DNA of 62,934 nucleotides, the filler included, from Choristocarpus tenellus KU-1152 (lineage: Eukaryota > Protista > Phaeophyceae), in assembly GCA_964200185.2 (NCBI GenBank). It is 8 parts of 8 records of this genome, joined end to end, with 100 filler letters (N's around TTAATTAATTAA, not from the genome) between each part and the next. Parts side by side here need not be neighbours in the genome. Positions count along the whole stretch, not along the records: positions 1 to 31,520 come from CAXNAD020000081.1; 7 more parts are not named here. One strand, 5' to 3'. Positions 12,201 through 24,200 of this stretch are shown in pieces (within the stretch, counting starts at the first letter, position 1; every line of letters starts with the position of its first letter). A program made the translations under genes and the position numbers. The notes under the pieces were generated by a model. The model ran no database searches. It saw only the letters and a list, made by a program, of their open reading frames with translations, and was not told the origin of the DNA.

Positions 12201-15200
12201 AAGGATAAGACTATCAGGTGAAAGGATCCTCGGACTACTTGCCAATTTCTAGACCGTCCTCACAGAGCTATAGTAGACTGGAAAAATAGTCCAATCACCT
12301 ATGTACAATACAGGTAAATCGTAGAGTAGCTATCACCAGGCTAAATGTAAGAAAATACAGGTGGATATCTAAATGTAAGAAAAATATCCTCATTCAATCT
12401 CTTCGAGCATGCATTCGACATTGGAGTGTTTGTACACACAATTTATTGCACCTTGGCATCGCCATGACCAGGCTTACAACAAAAATTTGGTCAGCATCAC
12501 CCCCATCTTCCTATTCATACATACATATAGAAAATGAGTCCATGATATGATACAAGTGAACTGCAGCTCATCAACTGGTCACAAGCTAAACCCAAGTCCT
12601 AAGGGAAATATCTATCACTTGTACATATTGGACAGCTGTATTAATAGTACGCAGACCACAATTCAACACTTAATACTGAGATGGTGTATTTCTGCAACAA
12701 CCTGAAAAACAAGAAAAAAGGAGTTACAAAGGCACTATACTGGCATCAGTGTTTTTGGGACGTAACAGAAGTAGATTTTAAGTCAAGTTTGATTGATTAA
12801 CTCCACACAGATGCTGGCTTCTAAATCCTCACGATCTCATAAGTGTATTGATATACAATTGGAAATAAAATCAAGGCAGTCCTTAATTAAATGACTATAA
12901 AATGAGCTTTTCCTGTCTTTGCTTCCTCACCTTCTTGACTTCAGCGGCACTGAAGATGGGACTATCTATACTTAGAAAGTTGAACAACCTCAGTTGTCTC
13001 TTTGCAAAACAGAGTTGGTGTGACAGCTTATTAATAATATGACTAAACTACTGACATGATTGCCCAGGTAAGTTAACTCCGGAAGAAGTATAAAAGGTTA
13101 AGAGGAGACAACGAACAACTCTCCCTTCACATGTGCATGACCTCAACAGCACAGTCAGAAATCAACCTAGTCCTCTATAGTGTCAACCATAGAGTAAAGA
13201 GTCAGACTGTACATGCAGGACTTGGGTAAACACTATTGCAGGGTAAGGTCTTATGGATTGGTACCTTGACTCCATTTGCCAGAAGCTCCAAGTATCGATC
13301 AGGTTGTGTATCCATCATTTCCTTTGAGCCTTACTCAAGAACAGTGGTTGGGAAAAGAGGTTAGATGTTACCACTCAATAGCGATGGTGCTAAAACGTCT
13401 AACTGAAAATTTGATTTGACTTTCCTGTTTGTATACCAGTTACACTGTGGACATGTCAGTAATGCATTACAAATATTGAACAAGCACACATGAGCTTCTT
13501 GCACTTACGTCTGGACTAACAAAAAATATATATTCTAAATTTCACTTGACAACAGATCCAACAAACACCTTGGCTTGGCAAGGGAGTGAAAGAAGATATC
13601 AATCCAATATACCTCCCAAAAAATGCACTGTGGATGCTACAGTTGATTAAGTGAAAATTCCATGGTTAAGGACAAAATAGTTCATTTTTGCATCAGGTAG
13701 TTTCACACATTATGAAGTCAATAATGATCTTGCATTTAACTCAACTCTTATCACAGCATACTCAGATCCTTCCTGCGTAATACAAGAGTACCGTGGGCGG
13801 CAAGTAATACATACCCATCGTGGAACTTGTGTAATAGTAATAACAATAATGTCTATTAGTACACTCTGTCCTCTTTCTGGTTTAATAACCATACAAAATC
13901 TACTCAAATCAGTATGTAGGAAGTTATCAAGTCAAACCAACAAACAGGTCCAAAAACACTCATTAGGTATATTTATATATTTATATATATATATATATAT
14001 ATATATTTATACTATTTATTACCTTGACTTGAACGTACACTCAATAAATTTCTTCCTATTATTTCTGAGGTTTGCATGTTCATGTTTCAAGGCAAACACC
14101 AAAATCCACCAACACCAGGGATATCAAGACATAAAGAGGGACCCCAACCGTTGTTGGTTCTTCCATGGTTACAAAGCAGGATTATCACAAGCATGTGCCT
14201 GAGGCACTAGATATTAACTGCCACTTGGTGTTCATCCAATGCCAGGTACTTTTTACTCTAGATAAATTACTGTCATTGGTAATATTCTACCATACAGAGC
14301 TGTTTAGATAATAGTGAGTACAGATCAGTAGCCATTGGCTACAACTTGTTGTAAGTTGTGTTTCATGTTGACCTGAATTGAAGTTGAGACTTGCTTGTTT
14401 GGGGTGTAGGATAGGCTCAATTGCGCAGCAGCAGCACTGGGGACCAGATTCAAAGTGGGAAACGTCACAAATGTATGGTTTGAGAGTTGCTGAATCTCAA
14501 ATACTGTCTGATATAACAAGGCTCGTACAGTCATGGACACTAACAGGATCGCCATATTCATTTGACTCACAACTACGCCAAGGCACTACCAAGTAAGTAG
14601 TGGACAAGTAGAACTTTGAAATATTGAAGGTATAAACGTTAGAAGGCATTTGTTCTCAAAACACTCAAAAGAATAAGTCTTCCCCCAGGTAGATAATGGC
14701 CAAATTACCTGGAATAAACATGAAACCACTCCAACGTTATCTCAACAAAAATTGTAGGAAGTGTATGCGTTGAGTCTACCACATTAGTCTACCACATTAA
14801 TCTACTCTATCCACACACTGCACAAAAATAATGAACTCCTCCTTTACTCACCACTTATAAGCTGCCACACCTCCCCCCTCACACTGTCAGGTATACCCTT
14901 ACGTACACGCCTGATTAGCTTTGACTCATGATACAGTTGCCAGTCCTCAAAGTGGGTAAGCTTGATCAATTTTTGATCAAATTAATTTTGAGCAGAAGAT
15001 TTGGACATGACAGAATGACGATAACATCATGTTAGGAAGGAAGTGAGTGGAACAGAAATATGCAAAGCCTTTGATCACTGTATACATATGGTAGCAATGA
15101 TGTAGCTGGAGCATGAGTGGAGACTAGGTTGAGAACAAAAATATCAACATGTCAGCATTGTTCTAAGAGCAAAGGAAACCAACCTCAACTTCCCAGTTTG

Positions 15201-18200
15201 ATATATTGATATAGAGATTAAGTACACCTTGGTGTTTACTGATCAAAATTGAACTATACTATACAAGTTGTGCATGATTTGCTTGCTCTCTTACAGGATT
15301 ATTGCTATGTTTGACCTGTAAGTTGAACAGGAAAAACAGCTATGTGCACAGCAAGGCTGTTCACAGAGTAATATTGGGGGGGGTAGAAAACCAATGCCAA
15401 TGCTAGCAATACTGGGATCCGAACATCGTGGTAAAAGGTCACCCAGACTGCTTGTAGCAGAAGTGGGAAACAAGAAACTCCTAGAAATCACCAGAAGCAA
15501 GAATTTGCATCAATTCTTGAACTTGCAGCTGCCATAAAACAGTCCCCTCGATTTTCACCTTACCAACCATTTTAGGAAATATATAGATGGTTGGCTCAGT
15601 ACATGACACTTGTTTGGTCAATGTTCCATCTTAAATCTCTGTGTTGGTGTGCCAGCTGAGCTGAGCCCAGAGTATGTTTCAAGGTAAATCATGACAAGGA
15701 TGTAATGACATTCTGCTATGTTGCTAGCTTGGCATAGGCATACCCTGTCCCTCCTACTCCTGCTAAAGCACTGTGGCTGATATGTAGTGGTACCTCTCCT
15801 CTCCGGTCCTAGACGTACATAAAGAGCATTCCCATCCCTACACCTAATTTACAAAACATGACGCCTCAATGTGGCAATGGGGACATATCAAGGGTACTGG
15901 GGGGTGAAGCACTGCCACCACCCTCCCTTGATACATAGATCAGCTGAGCAACTGGCCTTGAAGTCCATTTTGCATTGATTAAGACATCCCACTTACGCCT
16001 ATCAGTCTGCACTCAAGCACCTTGCTTGCTGGCACTTCGGCATTTTCTAGACTCACAAATCTCTTCCTCTTAGCTTGAGTCTGAGCTGCTCACCTGGTTT
16101 TGCATTGGAAAAAGCTGCCACCCACGTTCCACTTCAAGTACGAATATGCAATCCCAGAAACAAGCACACAAAAGCCTTAGCTCATATCCATGCCTAGAGA
16201 CTTTCCAGCAACACCTATGCAATCAGCCTAAATAGAGATTCATGCACTCATCCCTAAAAGAAACAAATACAGGTAGCTGTTATCAAAAGCACCTCTTCCT
16301 AAATACATTATACTTGAGCGGTAGACTTGGTGCCTATAATTGCCAGTATAAAGTACTTGTGGAGAACATGATCGATTACCAAATTGATACAGTTGTAGGC
16401 ACTTTGCCACAAAATCAAGGCAAAATTAGAAGACTTTGAGAACACCATCAGTTACACCAGCCATGAGCATGACAGCCACATCACGGACACATCAGTTCCA
16501 AGGAGCAAGTAAAGCTTGCAAAAGGCATGACACATCATAAGGGTAGTTAGTCACTACATAAGGGTAGCTAGTCATTACGTCCATCAGATCGTGTTAATGG
16601 ACTGCTCTTTGTTCAAAAGGACACTAAGGTACTACCCTCAATATATGGAGGCTTTTCATCTCATTTCTAAACGAAGCAATGAATTCTTCAGTGTCCTGTG
16701 CCAACATTGACACCAATATCACACAGGAAAGGTGGTATTGCATCATTGCGATGTGGGAATGGTGGCAAGAGAAAGAACATCGGTGACTACAGTACTTGAG
16801 AAGGTATGACACAATAAAAACACCCAGGCAGTAAGTGGAAACATGAGGCACAAATGACAAAACAGTAGGCCTAAAAGATGATATCTGTCTACCCCAAAAT
16901 GCACGGAAAGAGCTTGACTCAAAGTGAGCCAAGGGATCCATTTGAATCCAGAAAGTCAGCCAGCTCAAACAATAAAAATTGATATCACTCTCTGACGCAG
17001 TGCCTCCAACCCAAGAGTCTTGGTAGAGGTTGCAAAACAAGAAGGTGACGTTCGATGAAAGAACTGACATCATTCTTGAAACCATCGGCATATTCTCAAT
17101 TTCAAAATGTACATCTTGACTCTCATTACTGGCATCCACTTGGTACAGAATGCCTTTGTCTATGTTCATACTTTTTCAACTATTAAAATCTTCAACACCA
17201 CTGCACCATAATGCCAAACGTTGAGACATACATTCCAACTAGACGTCAGGAACACCCTGCACAAGGTCCTCCACACTGCCGCATCATGCACCCCAAACCC
17301 AGCGCTAGAATGGCCAAAAGAAGCCCAAGCCATTGATGATGAGGTCTGGCAACTGTGTTGGTGGTATCGCAAGGACCACATGCCCACACATTACCTTTCC
17401 CAGCCATGCAGATGTCTTGCTCAGTACATTAGTCAGTGTGAGGGGCTGCACCAAACTGCAGGATCACCACATACTGTTCGCACAGTCATGGCAATATTCT
17501 ATGAATTGTGGGGAACAGGCACTTGATGTACCAAACCTGTTTCCACTAGTCAATAGTCACATCAAAGAGCGTTCCTTGCACACTTTCCACATCTTGGATA
17601 TCTGGACAACCCTCTTCATCACGCAAATATGCCATCTCTTCTTAACTTGGTGTATCAAGGTTATGGGAAAGGTCTGGATGTGTGTTTGCTGCCATGAACA
17701 CCACCTTAGGGATAAAGATCTTGTGCTTGACTGTGGGAGACCCTAAACAGTCCACTGGAGACAAACCCACACCTTTTCTCCATCCGGCATCATCTAGAAA
17801 CCAGCCTCAGTCCATATTGATCACTGATCAACCAAATCAACCACAAAATCCACTCTGTGCTCCCAATGGAACAAGTATCGTAAGCTCTGTCACTCCTAGG
17901 TCCTTCAGTCACTGCTGCAATGCTGAGAAGGGTCTCTGGAGCCTATTTTCATACACTTAAGACAACAAACTGGGCAGAAGTGTAGGATCTCTTCTTGGCA
18001 TTCATATCCCTAATCTTCAGCACATTTGATGGAGTGATCTACGATGGGCACCTACACCTTCACCCAATACAATACTTGAGTTTAGAGAGCTGACTTCAAC
18101 AACTTCATTCGCCACTTGACTCCATACCTTGGGGGTACAATATTTTTACACTTCAAAGTTACCAGGTGGAATTGCCACCAAAAAACAAATAGTAACAGCA

Positions 18201-21200
18201 CAACAAACATTCCCCTCCAAATGTTCACAGGCATTGTTGGCCCTTAAGGTTCTACGTCGATATGACACAGTGAATGTGAAGCACTAGGGAATGGTATTTT
18301 GCTGTCAATTTTCAGCAAAGATCCAAATTTGCAGTAGCCACACTTCACCTCTACAGGTCTCCGAATTTGTACCCGAATAGCTCAAATTGATCCTTGCAAC
18401 CAGGGCTCTTTGTACAGTTAACCCTAAAATTGAGCACATTTTGAAAATGTGTTACCAACAGCTGACATTAAACAGTGTCTTGACTAAGCAACATAAATAA
18501 CAAAATATGAGCACACCGTCATTTGGGTTGCTCCATAGTAATGCAATCAACAATCTGCACAGATATTGATCAAAGTCAACAAACCAATCAATCCATGTCC
18601 ATGGTAAAACTGCACACACACCCTTTGGCAGCATTCAGATCAACTGCAAAGATTTCCCACTTGATATATTTTGGCATTGTCTTTGGCAATCGAGCACTGA
18701 CACTTTAATTTTCATAGGATTCATCTCTGTGCAGGATTGTAGTAGTCAGAATCTTCTTGAAAATCTATTAGGGCACACCTCCTGGATTTGAACCCAATTC
18801 CTCAACAACAGTTTCATCATGATGCAAAATAGTCTCTCACAACAGTGTCCTAACAACCCCAGTCAAGCAACCGGATGCATCACAACATAAAGTGCTTAAA
18901 GAGTGTCAGTTAAGCAAATGTTGGAGGAAGGAGGGTGGCCAAGAGGAGAGAAGGAAACAAGACATGGCATTACACAGGAAAGATTTGGTCATGGTCATGG
19001 TCATGCTGCTGCTTCTGACTTTCCACACGTTTACACATGATACACGCATCCATATGCAAACTCTAGAGTGCCTTCAGGTCTGTGGTTCCTCAGACAAAGT
19101 AAGCATGGAACGTATGTTTTTATCTTCAACATCGATTGAGAAAAATACCCCAGTAGAAAAAAACAGTAAGTTCTTTAAGTACCTTATTAATAGTGAACTA
19201 ACTGCCTAGTGGGTGAATTTGCCCAGTTGTTCCCCTAGATACATAAAACTGTGTTTAATGCATATTAAGCACTTCCCAGAATTATACTACAAGACAGATT
19301 GAAGTCTATCACTTTGGTTAATACTGTGATCAATTTCTTCTAGAAAAGTAAAATCCTAGTACTGGAACCAGTTCTAACGGAATTTTTGTTCTCCCTGTCC
19401 TTGCCAACCCTGTGAAACTTCAACAATTGGCAAACAAACATCAGCATGGCAACTATTTTCACTAGTTAGAAGTAGCCACAGGTACACACCGACCAACATC
19501 CGGAAGAGGATGTGCAGAAGGGAAACCTCCCCATCAGATAACATAGTACCCTTTTTCATCAGGTGGGGGCCATCAATGTCTTCAGTAGCCTCCTTCCTCC
19601 TCACTCAGTCCACTCTCATCACCCTCGTCAATCATTTCTGCAATAACCCGCCCATCCTGGCATGCCTGCCAGCTTCAGTCTTGGTTTGCTTCCCAGCATT
19701 TGTCTTTTTCTCCTTCTATGCATCCACCCTCTTACACATGTTATTCCCTGGCTTCCAGATTCTCTTCCTTTCAAGGACCACAAAGTCCTCCTATGTTAGT
19801 TCCCACTTAGGGACAAAAGCTCTATCTGACCATAGCCTTCAAAGAACAAAAAACCGAGCAAATCGAACAACACGGCTGGCTCCAAGGCATCGTAGAGGAA
19901 ATCTCCATAACAGTCCCACAATCCTCCAACCAGGTAGTCAATTTCCAGTAAACAAGTAAACAACATGGGAGAGATACCGTGACAATAAAGACAGGAAATG
20001 TGCCACGGGAAAGCTAGTATTCAGAGCTTTCTAACACACCACTCTGATAGTTGATCATTCAGAACGGCTCTAAACCAATTATAAGAACAGCAACATACTA
20101 TTAACAAATTCCCTTCAAAAAAAAATATATCCGAAAAACTGTTTTGATGTCAACAAACTAGTTCCCTAAATTGCACCAATTTGTTCATCTTCATCAGGGC
20201 CCCTGAAACAGTTACCAAGACATTTCGCCTTGTCATACCACATGTAAACAACCTAGGTGACTGTGACTGATGATGTGAGAGCACTCACACAACAGGGGCA
20301 AAATAATCAATATCAACTGATAGGTTCTACAGTTTTTCCCCAAACAGCAAGACACTAATTATTGACAGTTTGCACCAAATTACATACTGGTCACTGGGAA
20401 TAAAATGTGAAAGACCTTACAAAGTCAAAAAAGCTTCTTCAAAACCTCATGTTTCTTACTCCAGTAGTTATCACCACTTAGCCTAGTAAGCAAGATGCTT
20501 TTGACACTTAAGTAGGCTGGAGCTAGGTAAGGGAAGAATAACTTATGAACAATAGATACTACTAAATTAAACATAAATTAGAGATAGAATGGAAAGATAC
20601 CTAATAGATTATCCATCATACGCACATCTACAAAAATTGCTCCAATGAAGAGGGGTACCACAAAACATAGATTGAAAAATGAAATGCAGGTTTACCCCCA
20701 AAAAGTATTTCAAACTACCCACATATCAAGCAAACTTCTCCACACATGTCAAAAATACAAAAAGGAACCAACAGCTTGACATATGAACAATTCTGGGTGC
20801 AAATTTTGCCACGTTGGACCAATCAAATCAAATCCGATTTGTGGCATACAAATCATTGCCGACAAGCCAATTGCCACTCCTGTTATAAATCTGGCTTATG
20901 CACATTGGGGCACATCCTCAAAAATCAAAGATTTAGGGGTCAACTCTTTCGTTTGTGAATCTGAATCTTTTGTACCCATTCATATTTCTAAGATTGGTGT
21001 GGGACAAATCTTCCGACAACGTGATGAGATGTTGACAATTCAACACACTGTAATTTGTACAACTTGTGCTCACAAGTGCAAATCATTGTGGAGGGGTTCA
21101 AATCAATGTATTCGTACCAGGGCACACTTTGTACAACTTTTGAACATAGGAGAGTAGTACACGCAAATATTCGTACACGTTTAGATGTTTAGCAGAGGAC

Positions 21201-24200
21201 AATAAGTCTAAGGCAAGGACATCTTAATCCACAGTCATGATTCAATACTTCAAATAAAAGCTTGACAAAAACATTTATGTATATATTGTATAGATCCAAA
21301 GTCTAGATAATTTTACCTCCCATCCTCCCCCAAATAATCCAAAGTGTTCAACTGCTGCTTAGATATGCCTCCATTAAATACTACCAAGAATATCACCACA
21401 CTTCTCGCTAACCTACAGTTGAACCCAGAGAGGAACTCAGGCAAGAGTTAGTTTCCCAGACGCACCATCAATAGCCACTTTTCCGTCCTTGAGGTCTCCT
21501 TCAGGACTCTCTTCTTCATGGCCACCTTTGGGATATCAGGCCCACACCTCTCACTGCTGACCACAAGAAAAAAAGGGAGAGGGGCAGTAAATATGTTGTA
21601 AATATGTTGTAAATATGTTGTAAATACATCGGAGAACCGTGGGGGTGCATTTTGATACCAGGCATAGTAATCTCCCTCCACTCTCCACGAAATATTCAAC
21701 AGTGCATTCATGAATAGGTACCTAAGGACCAACGATATAGATAGAAGCACATAGTCCAGCAACCCACCAACTACAACAGAAATTCTGGAATTCTGCTGAG
21801 TAAGAAATCGGAGGTTGGGTAAGTAGTGTAACACTATACATTTAACCTAAACGGTACAACGAATTCCATGCATACAGTCAGTGGTTCCATTCTTAGTCAT
21901 TCCATGGCATTGACTAAACCGAAACTCTATTCATAATGCTGACTACAGACAAAACAAGGACCCATATCAGTAAAATGCACAATGCCTTACATGTGCCACA
22001 AAAATATGTTGAGCTTATAATCAACATGAAACTGTATGTGATCAAAACATGCCTGTGGACCACAAGCAGGTGATCAACCACCCTTTCTTCTCTCAGCATG
22101 CGGTATGGAGACCACACACAACAATCAAAACAATATACATTCAAATAACTCTTGTATCAATGTGGAATTGTATCAATGCAATCGACAACATGCAGGCCAT
22201 CCAACAGAATTATATACTCAGCTCTATGGAATGGAAACAAAGTGCATTGACTACACAATGAAAAATTCTGGCAAACCGAGCTTCAATGCACGTGCAACTA
22301 ACAATACCATCACAACTATATTTTGAAATTACATTTTTTCTTTTCAATCTATACTCCAAAGAACAGAGTAAGACTTGATAAGAATATTAGAGTAAGACTA
22401 TCATGACTATAAGACTGTTAGGTCATCAAAAACAAAATGCACTAAGAAGGGATAAATTTAAGGTAGCATACTTCATTCTGCAGCTTGCCAGCCTTGATGC
22501 GGCTGGAGTAGCTGGTCACAGACAAGGATGTATAAATCACATGTGCATACTAAGTATCTCCCTCTCCCACATAATTTTATTACTGTTTGTAGCATTGGCG
22601 ATCACGTGAATATCAAGGGGCCTCAACATCAGTCGTGTAATTGACAAACTAGAGGGACCTGGCCTAACATACCACAGGGTGAAGTGCACTTTAAAGCACC
22701 TTGCGCAATTTTGTGTTGAGGACAAAACAATTCTTTCCATCACTACCTTGTCTCTGGTGACCCGCCAATGAAAATATTCTAATTATAATTGCAACTCCCC
22801 TGTCATACATACATACATACATACCTATGTACATACCTATGTACACATATATACATACATACATACGCAATTAAAAAAAGGGAACATGGAAGCATTTTCA
22901 AGCCTATACCTACTTCAATCTTAGGGACTTGAGGCTTCTCGACAAGAGATTCCTAGTCATATTAACAATTTATCCCAACAAGTGAAAAGGAGTAACCTTT
23001 CCAAAATATCACCCCATTCATATTATACTACAATGGCATTGCCGTTGAATGCTGCTGTGGTGTGTAGAGTGGAAACATAACCATTTTAGGAGCACAAAAA
23101 TATTGTTTGGTCACGCAGGCATCAGACAAATATTTCAGTAGGACCCACACTAAAAAGTTGAGAGGTTGTGGGTTGGTGGCCCAGGTATGGAAGATGTGTT
23201 CAGGTTAGAGTAGTATGATTGTACAAATGTGATTACATTGTTACAATATGAAATAGCTTGGAAATAGCAAAAAGCACCCATCGAGCAAATAATGCCAAAA
23301 AGCACTTTGAAGTGAGGAACAGTCACCATTTCCAAAAAAATAAGCTGAAAACAAGCCATCAGAGCAATAACCTTGCCATTACCTTCATGTTTTAAACTAG
23401 ATTACAATGTATTGTGTAAAAATATACGCATTGAGTTGCTGATATGATGGTTGAAGTTTTTAAAAGTTACTACTATACTGAACAGATTTACATGAGGACA
23501 GGTAAAACATTTGCACCTACCCAAAGATCACTTTATTACCAACTATCAAACCATATTGCAAAAAAGAGTTGAAAGTATGATGTGCTGTCAAGGGTAGACA
23601 CAACATGAGTGACAGTATCTTAGGGTTAGGGTACGAGTTTTGCCCTCTTTGTCCATTTGAGGCTTGGCTTCCCAAGGGTTTTTCTGACATTTTACCTACT
23701 CCGAAATGTTTTGGAGTAGGTAAAATGGATATGTTATGAAAAGGTGTGTCTGGAACAAGGTTATTGATACTTCCTCACAAACACAATAGTCAAAATTTCA
23801 TCAAATTCACAACACTGGATTTTGGCCCCCAAACGGACGTGGCTCCACCCTAACCCTGAGATACTTTGACTCAGATCACAAGATACAGACTCAAAAAAGG
23901 CAATAGTAAAAAGGAAAAGAGAGGTGGAAGTAATCAACTCATGAATCCTGAAGGGTAAATACCTGTTGATAAAAAAACCATAGTGGTCAACTTGAACTTT
24001 GGAGTTATATTTCTCATCCTCAGACTCCTCATCAGATGATATGTGCTCCAAGTCACTGTGCTTAGACTGAGATAGAAGACAAACTCCCTTTGACGAACCT
24101 TTCCTTTCTTCAGCCGGTCCAAATTCTGCTCCAGCACTAACAACCTTTCCTTCCGATCCCACATCACTGCCTACCACTTCACCTCCATTGCTCCCAAATC

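Noticed and set aside
16620-18700. Minus-strand LINE reverse transcriptase relic, including the 181-aa ORF
   Set aside because: Only vague motif echoes among many stops. Probably TE debris, but no family call can be supported.
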